NCBI GenBank assembly: GCA_000182565.2
Contig: KQ257469.1
DNA: 63,943 bases
Strand: one strand, 5' to 3'
From: Spizellomyces punctatus DAOM BR117
Lineage: Eukaryota
The position numbers and the translations under genes are program-made. The notes beneath the pieces are model-generated. The model ran no database searches. It was not told the DNA's origin and was given only the letters and a program-made list of their open reading frames with translations. Shown here piece after piece: positions 1 through 13,100 of the stretch (position 1 is the stretch's first letter; each line of letters opens with the position of its first letter).

Positions 1-689
1 GCAGCAACTCTGTACTCTGTTTCGGACCATGTCTGATATTTGCAATGTTTGCAATATCAGGTTGGAGCAGCATATGCAGTGCATGAATACGACACCCGCG
101 TGGCAATTCTGGATTTTGATGTGCACCACGTAAGTACCTCGGAAATGACAGGATTTTCCCAGCTACTAAAGAATTCATTCCATTCATTTAGGGAAACGGC
201 ACTGAAGGCATAATGCGACGTCTCCTCTCTACTCATCCTCCAGAGATACCTTTTCCCCTCCTTTTCATCAGCACCCACCAGTATTCGCCTGGGTTTTACC
301 CAGGTACAGGTTCACCACATCCTTCCTCATCCCCCTACTCCCGTCACATCATCAACATTCCATTAGCACGTGGTACATCCTCCGCAGAATTTCGCAAAGC
401 ACTAAAAGAGCAAGCACTCACAGCGCTACGTGATTTTGCACCAACATTGATACTCATAAGCGCTGGGTTTGACAGTCATGCGGAAGATCACGTTGGCGAT
501 CTAGACCTCGTTGACGAGGATTTTCAATGGATCAGCATGGTATGCAAAAGAATCCAGAAGAAAATTGTATCAGTTTTGGAGGGAGGCTATCTGGGGGACA
601 CGAGTGAATCATGCCTGGTGCGGAGCTGTGCCGCGCATATCAAGGGCCTACTCGATGAGGGCGAGGATTCGTCGAAAGTCGGATCATAG
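1..689 (+). CDS. Histone deacetylase family protein (class II-like), 3' part, spliced
   Basis: Motifs VAILDFDVHH (intron) GNGTE, INIPL, LILISAGFDSH..D, SVLEGGY; stop at 689; 5' end lies outside the window. Confidence 0.9.
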
Positions 690-822
690 CTCCAATACTG
701 AAAGGAGCCGCCAGTATATAAGAATCCCATCTACTAAACAAAATTTCTGTACCGCTTCAGCCGGCCAAGCTAGGCTAACTCTAAGCATCACAGTAACAAA
801 CAGTTTTCCTAAATGCTCTGGA

Positions 823-2766
823 CTATGGAGGACGTCCTCCTGTGCCATCCGTTACAGACCAGCCCCTTACCTTGGCAGGTCCATTTGCAGCACCATTCAT
901 CTGTGCGCGCGCAGCATTCCCAGTTGTATTGCGCCGCTTTGCATTGTTTCCACCGCCTCTTCCCATCTTCTTTCCGGTTGCTGTGCGTTGCCGAAAATCC
1001 GCGGCATTGGACACCGTTCGGGGACGAGGCATTCCGCCGCTTGAGGGGGGAGATGTGGGACTCGGCGGTATAACCTTGGCTGTAAGTGGGACAACATTAC
1101 TGACAAGTGACTCCACCACCGATGGTGGTGGGGGTGGCGCCATGGACTCTGGCGACAGAAACGCCTTTGTTGGCATCAGTGTCGACGTTGAAGAAGGTTG
1201 TGAAGAATGTGGAGGGGATACAATGTCGGTATTCATTCCGTTCGACCCATTCCCGCATGCTCCCGCTTGAAGTTGGCCAGGTGCTTGCACTTGCCCATGT
1301 CCCTCATTTCTCCCCTTCCCATTTTTATCCCCTCTGTCCCGCATGTAACTGCGCTCATAAGTTACTTTTCGCCTCCCCTCTCCACTCCCACCCTTCTCCT
1401 CGGCAGCACACCTCGTACATTGACAAACGAAAAAGTAATCGGCCTGCAATCGTGCTCGCCTGGCTTGAAGCGGCATATTCGTGTCAATATAGGATATTGT
1501 TAAAGCCTCACCCTCATCAACTGTTCTTCGAGCTGTCACAGACATGACCATTCCATTCTGAATCATGACACAGTTTGGATCGCACGAGTGCTAAGTTGCA
1601 AAGTGTCTTATCAGCAATCTGACACTAGGAGTTTTGATGGCCATTTTCATATCCCTTACATTAAAGTAGCTCGCCTTTGGAAAGACAGCCCTCCCCATGC
1701 ATTGCTCCTTTTTTGGACTCCAAAGACCAAACCCATTACTTTCTATTTTGCTGATTAGGTTGAGAACAAAGTCGGATGCGTCTCCCCTTGGACCTCTTGG
1801 AACCCTATCATCATCCTCCAAAAGCCCACAATCTTCCAACAGTCGTATGATAAAGTTTTTTGTTTTCTTCCAATCACGAGCGTCCTCAGCTGGCCAGTCC
1901 ATGTAATGGGACTGCAGGTTGTCTACCTCTTGCCAGGTGCATGTCTCTGGAATCAGCTGACAAGTGTTTGAAGACGAACATGACTCGTTCGTTGCCGATG
2001 GGGGAGGAGTGAAGGAATGAGCAGGGTTAGATTTCGGGGATGACGGAAGTGCGGCAGCTCGCAAGTGTGGTGAATGTGATGATGATTTAGCCGTGGCCAT
2101 CACTGCCAGAAAAGGCTCTCCATCGTCATCATCATTGTCATTTTCGCTTGTGAGCATGCGCAGGCGTTGTTGAATATGTTGCTGGAGCGTCGCCTTATCC
2201 AATTGAGTAATGTGAGTATGTGAGGTCGAAGTTGAAACAGGTTCGGGAGCGACAATCTGCGGGACATCAAAGTGTACATGTGCCGCCGCATCTATCAACA
2301 TGGCGAGAGAGAAGGGTTAGTTCATACGACGCACACACCCAGCTATTTAACTCTCACCTCTCAAAGTTGTGCCCCAAGCATTCATGGCCAAACCTTTCTC
2401 TTTGAATCTAGTAAAAAGAGCGTAAAGGAGAATTTTGACGACACTCTTTTCATGCTGGGGTGCTTTGAATGTACCCAGTCTCCGAAGAGCGGTGCAAACA
2501 ACGTGATGGCCGTGAGCAATGCATGTCGCCAAACATGCAGGAGAACAGGTATATATTTGGTCGCAATTTCTGCAGTGCAAATGAAATGCTCCCGTATCAT
2601 TGAAAGCAAGACAGACTGCACAAACTCTCTTTTTGAAAGAGTCGAATATTCCGAAAGCATACGGCAAACAAGTAAATAGGACCGCTCGCTCCTTGATACA
2701 TGAGGTAGCAACAAAGTAACGACCCTGCTGCGGCGATTCCTCGACTCGCACCTGCAGAGAGGTCAT
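823..2766 (-). CDS. SET and MYND domain (SMYD-like) lysine methyltransferase, spliced
   Basis: N-SET VEESPQQGRYFVAT, MYND-like CAVC..CRNC..CSPAC..H..C, FPKASYFN (intron) HSCDPNC, EALTISYID, post-SET FVCQCTRC. Confidence 0.88.
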
Positions 2767-3223
2767 TTGCTGAACGAAAACCAAGACGAGCGAGTCGCAG
2801 AAAGAATGAGTCTTGTATTCATCAAAAGGATTCGTTAAAGATTAAGTTGCAAAACGACAGCAACTCCCAAAACAACAAGTGGCTTATGCACGTGACATGA
2901 AACATTGCGAGGCAGGAGGAGGGCTGGGAAAAGGGTTGGGATTCGGGAGAAAGGGAAAAGAGGCGCTACCCAAGAAGGCCATTTGTTTTTCTTCCATCAT
3001 TTATTGAACCCCATTGCCCATCAACGATTTTGTTGTTTCTTCTTTTTGTTGTCATCTCTCGCCAATCCAACAGTCGGTCGCTTCGCACTCGGTTGGCTAT
3101 ATAGGAGGGTCATCTTGTCATCACTCCCGTCTTTTGCGGATCCGTTACGACTCGCTTCGTTGTCCTTTTTGAGTTTTACGGTAAAGGGAAACCTGATTTT
3201 CAGACAGCCGCAACGAGAGGAGA

Positions 3224-6062
3224 ATGGACAAGGTCGACACTGCTCACCATCATCCGGCAGTCACAAATGAGCACAGTGCACCGTCGACAACTTCCCAACT
3301 CGAGCCTCCCTCTCAACGAGACACTTGCTCTCTCGCATCCGCAACCGCCATCGTTGCAGCTGCAGCTCCCATAAAGAGGCCGCTGACTGCGAGTTCACAG
3401 CCGTCTCCAGCACCCAATGTGGCTTTCACGACCTCTACAAATCCGCAGCCAAGAAGACCATCTGTTACGTTAGGTAAGAAGACAACCCGAAAGGACAAGG
3501 GGATCTGTTGGCGTTGGCGTGACAGCGATGATAACATCTGACTTTCTTTCGTAGCTCCCGCACGCAAACCCGCAAACCCTGTCATCACTCCAGGACTACG
3601 CAAATCAAAATCTATCTCGTTCTTTGTTGATTTGACAAGTCCTACCACTACAGCCGCCCTTTCTCCTCCTTGTTCACCTTCACTCGAAGACACAGCCGCT
3701 CCACCGTTGGCCGCGAAACGTTCGCGAACTCTTGACACTCCATCCTCCCATCCCGTACCACCCCGATTTCCTCCATTTGTTCGAAATAGAGATGCTTGCC
3801 AAGAGTTGGCCGCTTGTATGGCTGCACGATTGATGCGCGCGGAGGCTCGACGAGCTCATGTCCTTCAAGAACGTCGGTCTCGGCTCCGTCGTAGATTTGA
3901 GCAAGTTCGATATAAGATCTTGTTACAGCGTCAGAGGGATCGACTGACGAGTCTGAAAATACAAGCTCGCTCAGAGTATGCCATCTCCGCTGCAAACTTG
4001 AAGCGTCAGTTGATTTTAAAAAGATCAATAGACCGCTGCGGGGCCGCGGTAGAGCATGCCCAGACGGTTGCAATGGTCCACAAGCTGCGAAAATTTATGG
4101 AATTGCGTAGGGCGTTCTCGGAGAACTTTGTCCATCTCCTCGCTCACTCTCATATGCCTGTGGGCGGAGGAGTGGATACGGTACAGACGATGAGCGCATG
4201 TCACTCCTTTTCCCTCGGTATGGAAGCGGATTTTGACGACGAGTATTACGAAATGGAGGACATTCAAATGCAGCCACCAAAGAGTCCGATCATCGGCTAT
4301 CCTTCGCCTGCCAGCACCTCTCCCCACGTGGAGTCTCCGAGAGGATATGAAGCGACCTTGGGCGGATCTGATGGAGATGCGGTTGTTAGTGGCTCCTTGA
4401 GGACGTCGACCACAGATGCAGAATCCCATCCTTCAGAACGGGCCTATTCGATGGTAACAGATTCCGTCTCTAGTCAACCAGCAGATGGAAATCATGGTCA
4501 ATTTGGAGATGCCTCACGAATGGATATGTTCGACTCATTGGTATTAGGAGGGGATGTTATCGGAGAACGCCTATCCGCAACCGTGCGAAGATTGCGTGTT
4601 CTTCCTGTTTCGCTGGTGGAGGACATGGAGGAATCCGCATATATGGAGTTACTCGACCTGCTCCCGCCCATAACTCGATTCACTTTGCGGGAGTTGGAAC
4701 TGACAGAGATCTTGTCCAATGCTCAACTTCGACATGATCTGTTCTTTGACCCCGAACTTCAGTTCAAGCCGAATTTAGATGGCGAAAAAGGCGAGCAGAA
4801 ACGGGAAGCGGGAGATTTATTTTGGACACAAGTCGAGGAAGAAGTTGACGATGGCTACTTGTACCGCTTGCCGTTGCTCTTGTTCGAAATTCGATGCATT
4901 ATTTTAGAGCTGCTCCCATACTCACCCGATCGCAGAGATGAGGTTGAGAGAAACCTCGACGTGCGGCTAATCGCTCAGCAGATGCAACATGGAGTATTGA
5001 ACCCGCTTGGGTTGGTGGAGTACATTGCTACTCTTTTGAAAGCAAACTGTGCCCCTGCCCGTGATGAATTGGTAGACTCAATGGTGCAAGAGTGTCAAGG
5101 AGGTAACTTTGTAAAGGCGTTACGGGTTTGCTTTGAAGTCCTTGAGTTGATGAAATTGGTAAGCGTGTTTTGTATGACATGTTTTGCAATGGTCGCGCTC
5201 ACGATTTATGCTTTAGGACTATGCCAACCATCAACTTCACCGAGTCCGCCCCTACGTCGTGGAACACGCGGCCGATTTTGAATGGCGTTGGTTTAAAGAC
5301 CAGTACGAGACTGGCGCCATGAAATTGGATGACACAACCCAGTGGTTTCAGGCCGCACGGATTCGATCACGGACACCTTCACCGTCAACATCCAAAGAAC
5401 AATCTCCATTGTCTGTTCAACACCTTCATATCTCTGCTACCCTTCACCTGATTTCCCAATCCCATCTCCTTTCTCTGCCAACCAACGCCATCGTTCTTCC
5501 CGAAACCCTCCGAATGGATGTCTCCCGACTTGTACAATACTATAACGATTGGCAAGACATTACCATCATGGCAGCTCTCCTGGTGCTTTTTAGACAGTCC
5601 AGCGGTCCGAAATGTACGGCTGCAGATCTCCGGGACGTCAAAAGGGTACTCTGGGTCCTTCTTAACGACAGCGAAACCAGCATGCACCATGTGACCCTTC
5701 AAATGTGCGAAACGGCAGGTAAAATTCGGGGAAGCCTCTTCTCACAACGCGAAAGCGACATGTTGTCTGGACTCGTTGAAAAGACACTATCGCCAGAGTC
5801 AAAGCTTTACGAAGTCATTCGTGTCAGAGTAGGGACAGTTCTGGAACGGTTCGTCAAAGGCGAAACAGTGGAGAAAGCTGATCTGCTCAAAGTTGGTCTG
5901 GCCGAGTTGGAAGAGGAAGTTTTGGAATTGGGCGAAAGAATCAAACGCCTGTTGGTGCACAATTGGAGGGTATTTGGAGGTGTATATGCGGTGATTGCCG
6001 AGGAGCTCCAAGGTGGGGGCGAGGGTCTTGAGAAGGGGATGGAGGCCGTCCTTAGGACATGA
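3224..6062 (+). CDS. T-complex protein 11 (TCP11/SOK1-like) domain protein, spliced
   Basis: LRELELTEILSNAQLRHDLFFDPELQFKPN, CAPARDE, LELMKL (intron) DYANHQL, PETLRMD, typical of the Tcp11 domain. Confidence 0.85.
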
Positions 6063-6446
6063 GTTCTCCCAGCTCATCACGAGTTTATCAGCACCAGCTT
6101 TTGCGGTTTTTGGCCATTCGTTCAGAGGCTCTTTGGTGCAGCACTTTTTACGCATCTGTTTCGGATAGAACTATAGCTGTCGGCACTTTTTGTCTCTGTC
6201 TTTTCTTTTCTTGTACAATGCAGTTATATTTTTGGTAATCTAGGAAGACCCCGGTTGGAGGGTTAAGGACTAGCTTTCATCAGCAGTGCAGCACAAACAT
6301 AACATTCAGTCTTTTGGAAATAGTGGCCAATGTTTGTTGTGACGGCAAGAGAAATGGTTTAACCTGGTAATCACAAGTTGGAAAATGAAACAGACGTTAT
6401 CAACACCAACCACAGCCTAGCTTTGACACACAGTGAGAATAAACGT

Positions 6447-8724
6447 TCATCCCAACCCCTGTGATCTAGCCTCCGTCTCATAAATCAACATGCGCCAGAG
6501 CATCATTACAAACTCTTCAGCTTCCTCATCTAGTGCCTATCAGAAAATTATCAAATCTCTAAAGTCAGCGAAACCCAAGAGACAACCACAACCAACGAAA
6601 AAAAAAATTTGTACTCACTCCCTGCATTTCAGCCAACATGTTATCCGCGCTAGTCCGCTTAACGAGCAATTCCGTGACAAACTCGATCAAATCCTTTTCT
6701 TCTTCGCCAATGTATTCAATGACCTTTTTCTTTATCCATGGACGAAGCTTGTTGTTCATAATCGTCTAACAATCAGGGATGGTTAGTCTACACTTCTGCT
6801 CCAAAAGTGCTCCAACGCTGTACCCACTTCATCCAGAAAGTCCCATTTGATCGACCATGTCCATAAGCCTTCTCGCTCCGTTGGGATAATACCGATCAAA
6901 TCCTGAACTGCCTGCACGCGCTCCTCCTTTGTCATGATCCGGCCTATGACAATTTCCTGTTTCGTTTCCTCATCATCCTCTGGGGCTTGTGGTTCGAGCT
7001 CTTTTCTCGCAAGCTCCGCTTGCTCATCTTCCCGATCCTGTTGATCTCTATCTATTTCTTTTCGACGGGACCGATGTATCCGTGCAAAAAATGCACGTCT
7101 ATCATGTAAATAGTCAGGATTCATATGCATCAACAAACCCAACAACATTAAATCACCAGACCTGTCCTCATCTGTTTTGAAATGTGCATCTTCATCCCAT
7201 TCTGGAAGTATTTTGCTCAACTCTTCCACTCGGGCAGCTAGATTCTCCTTATCACGCTCCTTATCCTTCTCAATTTGTGTGAGCCAGGCTATTCTTCCTT
7301 GCTCTTCCTTTTCCCAACGACTCACGCGCTACAAAGCAAATAATATTAGGAAACACATCGCTGCCTAACAGGCGAGGAACCATACCTCATTGAAGGCTTG
7401 CTGTGCTTCCCACTTCCTTCGCTCTTGTCTCTTCTGCTCTTCCTCCTCGTCATAGTCGTCCTCAACCCTAACCCTCGGTTCATGAGAATGACCGTGATAC
7501 CCGTTCTCCCCTTGCTTCAGTCTTCGAATTCTATTTATGTCCTCCCTCTTTTCCCTCTGGACCCGCTCCATCCGGATTCGCTCCTCGTACTCCTTCTTCA
7601 GACGGTCCTTCTGTGCAGACCTCTCGCGGAACATGGAAATCTCCCTCGAAATGAGCTCCCGTTGTTCTGGGGGCATTTCTGGAGGAAGATCGTCCAGATC
7701 TTCCTTGCCACCAGGTGCCGATGACGGTGTTGGTGATCCTGGCCGGGTCGAGCCTCCATCAGGTATTGAATGAAGGAAAGAATCCACGTCCATTCTTTGA
7801 GCATCATCCCGCATTTGCCTAGCATGGACGAGGACTTGCTCCCGGATTGCCTTATCTTCGTCTTCGTCTTCATGCTACGCAAGTGTGTGAAAATTAAGCT
7901 CCTTGCAACGCATACAGGTAGTCCATAATCAAATTCACATACATTCATCCTCGAGGCCCTGTATTGCTCAACGTGTTTTCGCGCTACTTCATCCACGTTC
8001 AGCTGTAGTGCAATTAGCCGGTGGTCGTGATGCACGTCATAAATGCGGGTTTTCAAAAAAAAGTACCTTGAGAGTCTTGGGCGCTCCACCAGGTACTGCC
8101 AGCTCAATTCCTCGTGCAAGCTCGCCTTGGCCTTCTCCTCCAAGGATCCGCAATGCACGAGATACCGATTCGGCATTCTCATAAACACAAAAGCCAAACC
8201 CTTTAGGCTTGCCGGTTGCATCCTGCATACGTCTCCAATTTCGAACAGGCCCACACAACTGCAAATGACATATTTAGACCGTGTAAGGCAATAGTAGCAT
8301 CAGACAGTCTCTCACGTACCTTTAAAATTCGCTCCATCCACAGATCCGTCACACCGTCCGCAATGGACCCCACAAAGACCGTCGTCGACTTATCCTCCGC
8401 CGTCAGCGGCTTCGGCGGTGGTGCTACTACAGGGGGGGCGACATCGGGACGCACAGAGAGAGCGGGACTCCCCAAAGGTCGTGGAGGTTCCATCCCCGGG
8501 CCAGGACCAAACGGTGGACGATTATCAAAGTGCTGCATTGGGGGACCAGGACGAAAGGGTGGTGGGCCTCCAAATTGAGGGGGAGGTGGACCACGAGGCC
8601 CTGGCCCGTAACCAAATCCAGCAGGTCCGGGACCGTAAGGAGATGGTCCATAGCCCGCACCCGGCGGTGGTCCTCCATAACCAGGGGCGGGATGTGGCGG
8701 ACCGTACTGATATGGAGCTGTCAT
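6447..8724 (-). CDS. RBM25/SNU71-like U1 snRNP-associated protein (Pro-rich, RRM, RE-rich, PWI), spliced
   Basis: RRM TVFVGSI...GKPKGFGFCVY; PWI LRPWIKKKVIEYIGEEE...LIYETEA; stop at 6447; start approximate. Confidence 0.88.
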
Positions 8725-9150
8725 ATTAGAGTGATCATGTCCATAATTACAATACAATGTTAGTCATTTTCATACAGACATAGAGTTTATTGCCGTCTCT
8801 CATACGTACGATATGGTCGATGTGGGTCCATGGTGAGGACGAAAACAGTTCATGCAAGACGATCCCTCAACTTCCCACTCCTACTCAACTTTGTTACCAT
8901 GGCAACAGTCTATTACATCCACAACTTTACCAAGCGTTCCAAACAGCGCGGTGCGATCAAACCCAAAGCGATGAGATGATGATGCGTGCGCAAGCTTGAC
9001 CGTTGGCTTGTTTTACCATCTGCCCAAATTTCTCGAATTACGGACGGAATTTCGTTCAGCAGCTTTAGGAGGAACACAGCTTACCTTAGGGAGCATCACT
9101 ACCGGCCTTGTCGGGCAAGAGTATAAACAAGAACGCTAAACCCGTCAGCT

Positions 9151-10005
9151 ATGGAGCACCTGAACGCTTTGTTGGCCTCTGGCCAATACCACGACGTGCT
9201 GGCAATTATCAAAGGTTTCCGCAATGGAGCCGTATATGGTAAAGAAATGCCGAAATATCGGGGACATACATTCAAGCCTCCAACTGCTCAGACTCTAATT
9301 GAAAACTAGGCGCGAAGGTCCGCTTCCCACATGCACTGGTCATGACTTTCCTCTTTCGAACTGGAAGGTAATTTTGGGCGTCGAAGAACTCTCTCAATAT
9401 GATCGTCTTAGTCACAACTTTATCTAGTTTTGAAGACAAGGCGCGATTCATCCTCAAAGCCACGTTCCAACATAGCCGAAATCTTGCCTTCTTCGTCACG
9501 ATCTACAAAACCCTTATGGCCCTTCAACGGAACATAATGGGGAAAGAACATAATTGGGATGCGTTCGTTGCAGGTGTCATCGGAGGTTACATTGTGTTTG
9601 GGAAGAACAACAACGTCAACAACCAAGTAAGTCAGCGGATAGCACGCAGTGTCCGCAGCCGACTTGCCTCGTAATTATGTCTCTTGTATTTTTACAGATT
9701 GTGCTATACCTTTTCTCGCGTATCCTCATTGGTCTGGCGAAACTCGCGGTAAAAAGCAATGTCGTCGCGGAACCCAAGCACACGTTCTCTGTATTTGCCG
9801 CTCTCGTTTGGGGTATGTAAGATGTTTGGGACAGCATGATTCATCTCTAAATCTTTATTGTGGGTTGATTATAGGTATCGTGATGTGGCTGTTCCGTCAC
9901 AACCGAGATACCCTGCAGAATTCCTTGCAGGCCTCTATGCAGTACCTATACAATGACTCTGAAAACTTTGATACTTTCAGAAACTTCCTGTGGCATAACA
10001 AGTAG
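9151..10005 (+). CDS. PXMP4: Peroxisomal membrane protein 4 (PMP24, Tim17/22 family), spliced
   Basis: IIKGFRNGAVYG (intron) AKVRFPHALVMTFLF, ATFQHSRNLA, QIVLYLFSR, LQASMQYLYNDS. Confidence 0.9.
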
Positions 10006-10159
10006 AAATTCTTCTTGTATTTACAAATAGAGTTCGTGCGGTCTATAAGGGTCGAAGTAGCTTTGATATTTACATGACATATATTGGAAAGGAAAAATGG
10101 AAAAGGGAAACTACATTAATATACAAGGTCTAAGGTAGCTATCATGTCTAATTGACTAT

Positions 10160-13100
10160 TTAGCCCGAGCACATGACGCAGGCATCCCGATTGTCAAGAG
10201 AACATGCCACTGCTGCCATGTTCTCGGCTTCGCTCTTCTCCGAACCTTCATCAGACTTCAACTGCTGCTGATCGACCGTGAACTTAATGGCATCAGCAGC
10301 AGGTCTCGTACGCAGATAGTACATTCCTGGCAAAAGACCAGGTCAGCCGGACATCAAGAGCAGACATCTCATTCGCGCTAGAACTATACCTGTCTTCAAT
10401 CCCTTTTTCCATCCATAGAAATGCATACTGGTCAATTTGCCATAATTGGGCTCCGCCAGGTGGATATTGAGGGATTGGGACTGGTCGATAAACGCGCCAC
10501 GGTCTGCAGCCATGTCAATGATGACTTTCTGCTCAGAGACAAGATGAGAAATCTGGTGCCTCAACAAAGTACGCGCTGATCCCATACCTGCGACAATTCC
10601 CAAACTGTTTTGTAAATTGTCTTGAGTTCATCAGGAATGCTGCTGATACGTTGAATTGATCCGTTGTCAGCAATGATACGGTTCTTCATGTTGTCATTCC
10701 AGAGGTTCAGTTCCGTCAAATCTTTCAACAGATGCGGGTTGACAATTTGAAATTCACCGGCCAGAACGCGACGGGTGTAGATATTGCTTGTGTAAGGTTC
10801 GAAACAGTTGTGCACAACGACTCCGTTGGCGAGAAAGTTGTGCAATCCTTTCACGTTTATGTCGAATACCGGCACCTGACCGGCTGCCCGACGATCGACC
10901 AATTGAAGCTTCATAGTGGGCACCGCCATTGCCTCGATGTCGACAGCGTTCATGTGCATCTTGCCAGCGGCCTCGCCGTTCGCAAACCACTCACGCGCTC
11001 CGAGCTTCTCAAGAAACTCTTCGGCAGACATGACGTGACTGAACTTAAACTGCTTAATCCCGTCCATCACCGATTGAGCAGGGTTAGTCGATGAGTTGGA
11101 TGCACGAAGAATAGTCCTTTGTCGCTTATGGTAGTCGTACAACTGAGAAATCGTTAGAGTCGAGGAGTGCACGTTGGGTTCTGGTTCGTTCTCTTTAAGG
11201 TTCTCAATCGCGAGCTTAGGGGTGTCACTCAGCGCGCCCTTATTTGGGCTTGCCTCGGTATAGACCGCTTTGTGTTGTCTTTTGACTTCCGAGAGGTAGC
11301 GTGACCAAGCCGCTACAACACTGGAACGTTGCGCCTTGTGAGCAGAATAGCGGATACCGATCTTGTCCATGAAAATGTGCTGCGAGGAAGCATTGGGCAG
11401 AAATCCGATGCGCGCGCATACGTGCTTCAACTCTCCGCAGCAATAGGGTTCGCCATTCTTATTCTGAACATTGCCTACGTTGATGATTGAAGCGCCATGC
11501 ACACCGGCCTTGGACAGAAGCTCGCACAGTTGCTCCATGGCCGTAATCAAGGACTCGCGGTGCATAGCACATGCAGACTGCGATAGTCGAATGGAGCTGA
11601 ACATCTGAGTCTGGTCGCAATTGGCGACGATAACAGGATCCCAGCCGTCACCACCAAAGAGGCCTGCTAGAAACTCGCGACGCACTGAGGCTGGGCACGA
11701 TGCATCCAACACAAATGAAGGCCACGATACGACGGATGCGCAACGCTCTCCGCATGTCATGCCGGCCAGCTCACGAATCGCGCTGGCTACCGGACCGGTC
11801 ATCACGACCTCAAAACAGTTGCGCGCGTTGACACGATAAGAGACGTTGGTGCCTCCAGACAGAAGCCTGTAGTCCTTGAGAAATCCGTCGCGATCAAGTG
11901 TGTGACCGAGCACAGCGGTAACCTTACAAGACTGAACAGATCCATTTGCGCGCACCAGGCCGACGATGCGCGCAAGCGCCAAGACCTTCTCGCGATTGTT
12001 AGCCATGCACAGCCGTCCAATGCAGGTGTCTAAGGTCCAATCGGACTCATCTTCACCGACTAAGTCCAAGGTGCCTGTCAGCCCAAGCATCACAGGGGTG
12101 CCACAAATGTCGATCTTGGACGCCTCGCGCCAGGTGCCGTCAGCTAGTAGGAACTTGTGATCAGGGGTGCACGTCAAGATGCGGCCGTCTTCAAACGTCA
12201 GGCGCACCACCTCCTTCACAGCACGAGGGAGGTGCTCAGTCACAGTGGCGGACACCATTCCCTTGACGATGGGGGAATAGGCAACGACTTCATCCCCGGG
12301 ACGTACATCCTTGATGGGCAGGCTGGTTCCATTAGCCAGAGTTACTGGCGTGTCCCCCGCGAAACACTCATTATTCCCCAGGATTTGCGACGTAGACGCT
12401 GTTGGCATTGGTGCAACCAATAAACTGTTACGAACCCCATGCTCTGCGATACGTGCACGCAAACCTTCCCAGTCCCACATGTCTGACACCTGGACGTTCC
12501 ACATGTCGGGCTGAAGAATACCCTTGCTAACCGGTGACCCTGGGTACGTCTGGTAATGCCCTTGTTCTTTGGCCAGTTCGCATGAAGCTTCCAAAGCAGC
12601 GAAATAAATCGTTTCAAAGATTTGACGGTTCAGTTTCCGTGCACCGTCCGAGTCAAATGGCAGGCGCAGTTTAATGAATGTATCAGCTAGGCCTTGAACA
12701 CCCAACCCAATAGGGCGATGTCGCATGTTGGAGCGACGGGCTTCTTCGACAGGATAATAATTGATATCGATGATCTTGTTCAGATTTCTAGTGATCACCT
12801 TTGTCACCTGCGAGATTAAAAACGTAAGAGAGCACGTCAGTATACGATATAGTACGGTGATGAGCTGAGTGCTGAGTACCTGACGAAGTTTCTCAAAATT
12901 GTAGAACAAATTCCCGTCTTCTTTCATGACAAAGCTTGGAAGCGCAATGGATGCAAGATTGCAAACCGCAACTTCATCAGGGGAAGAGTACTCTACGATT
13001 TCGGTACACAAATTGCTGCACTTGATAGTACCAAGATTTTGCTGGTTTGACTTGCCATTACACGCATCCTTGTACAACATGAAGGGGGTCCCAGTCTCAA

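Noticed and set aside
8400-8724. GC-rich repetitive stretch as a possible repeat array
   Set aside because: It encodes the Pro/Gly-rich N-terminus of the RBM25-like protein
10801-12366. TGTTTC repeated at both intein ends as a transposon target-site duplication
   Set aside because: Explained by Cys-Phe at both the intein start and the C-extein start; no terminal repeats or transposase
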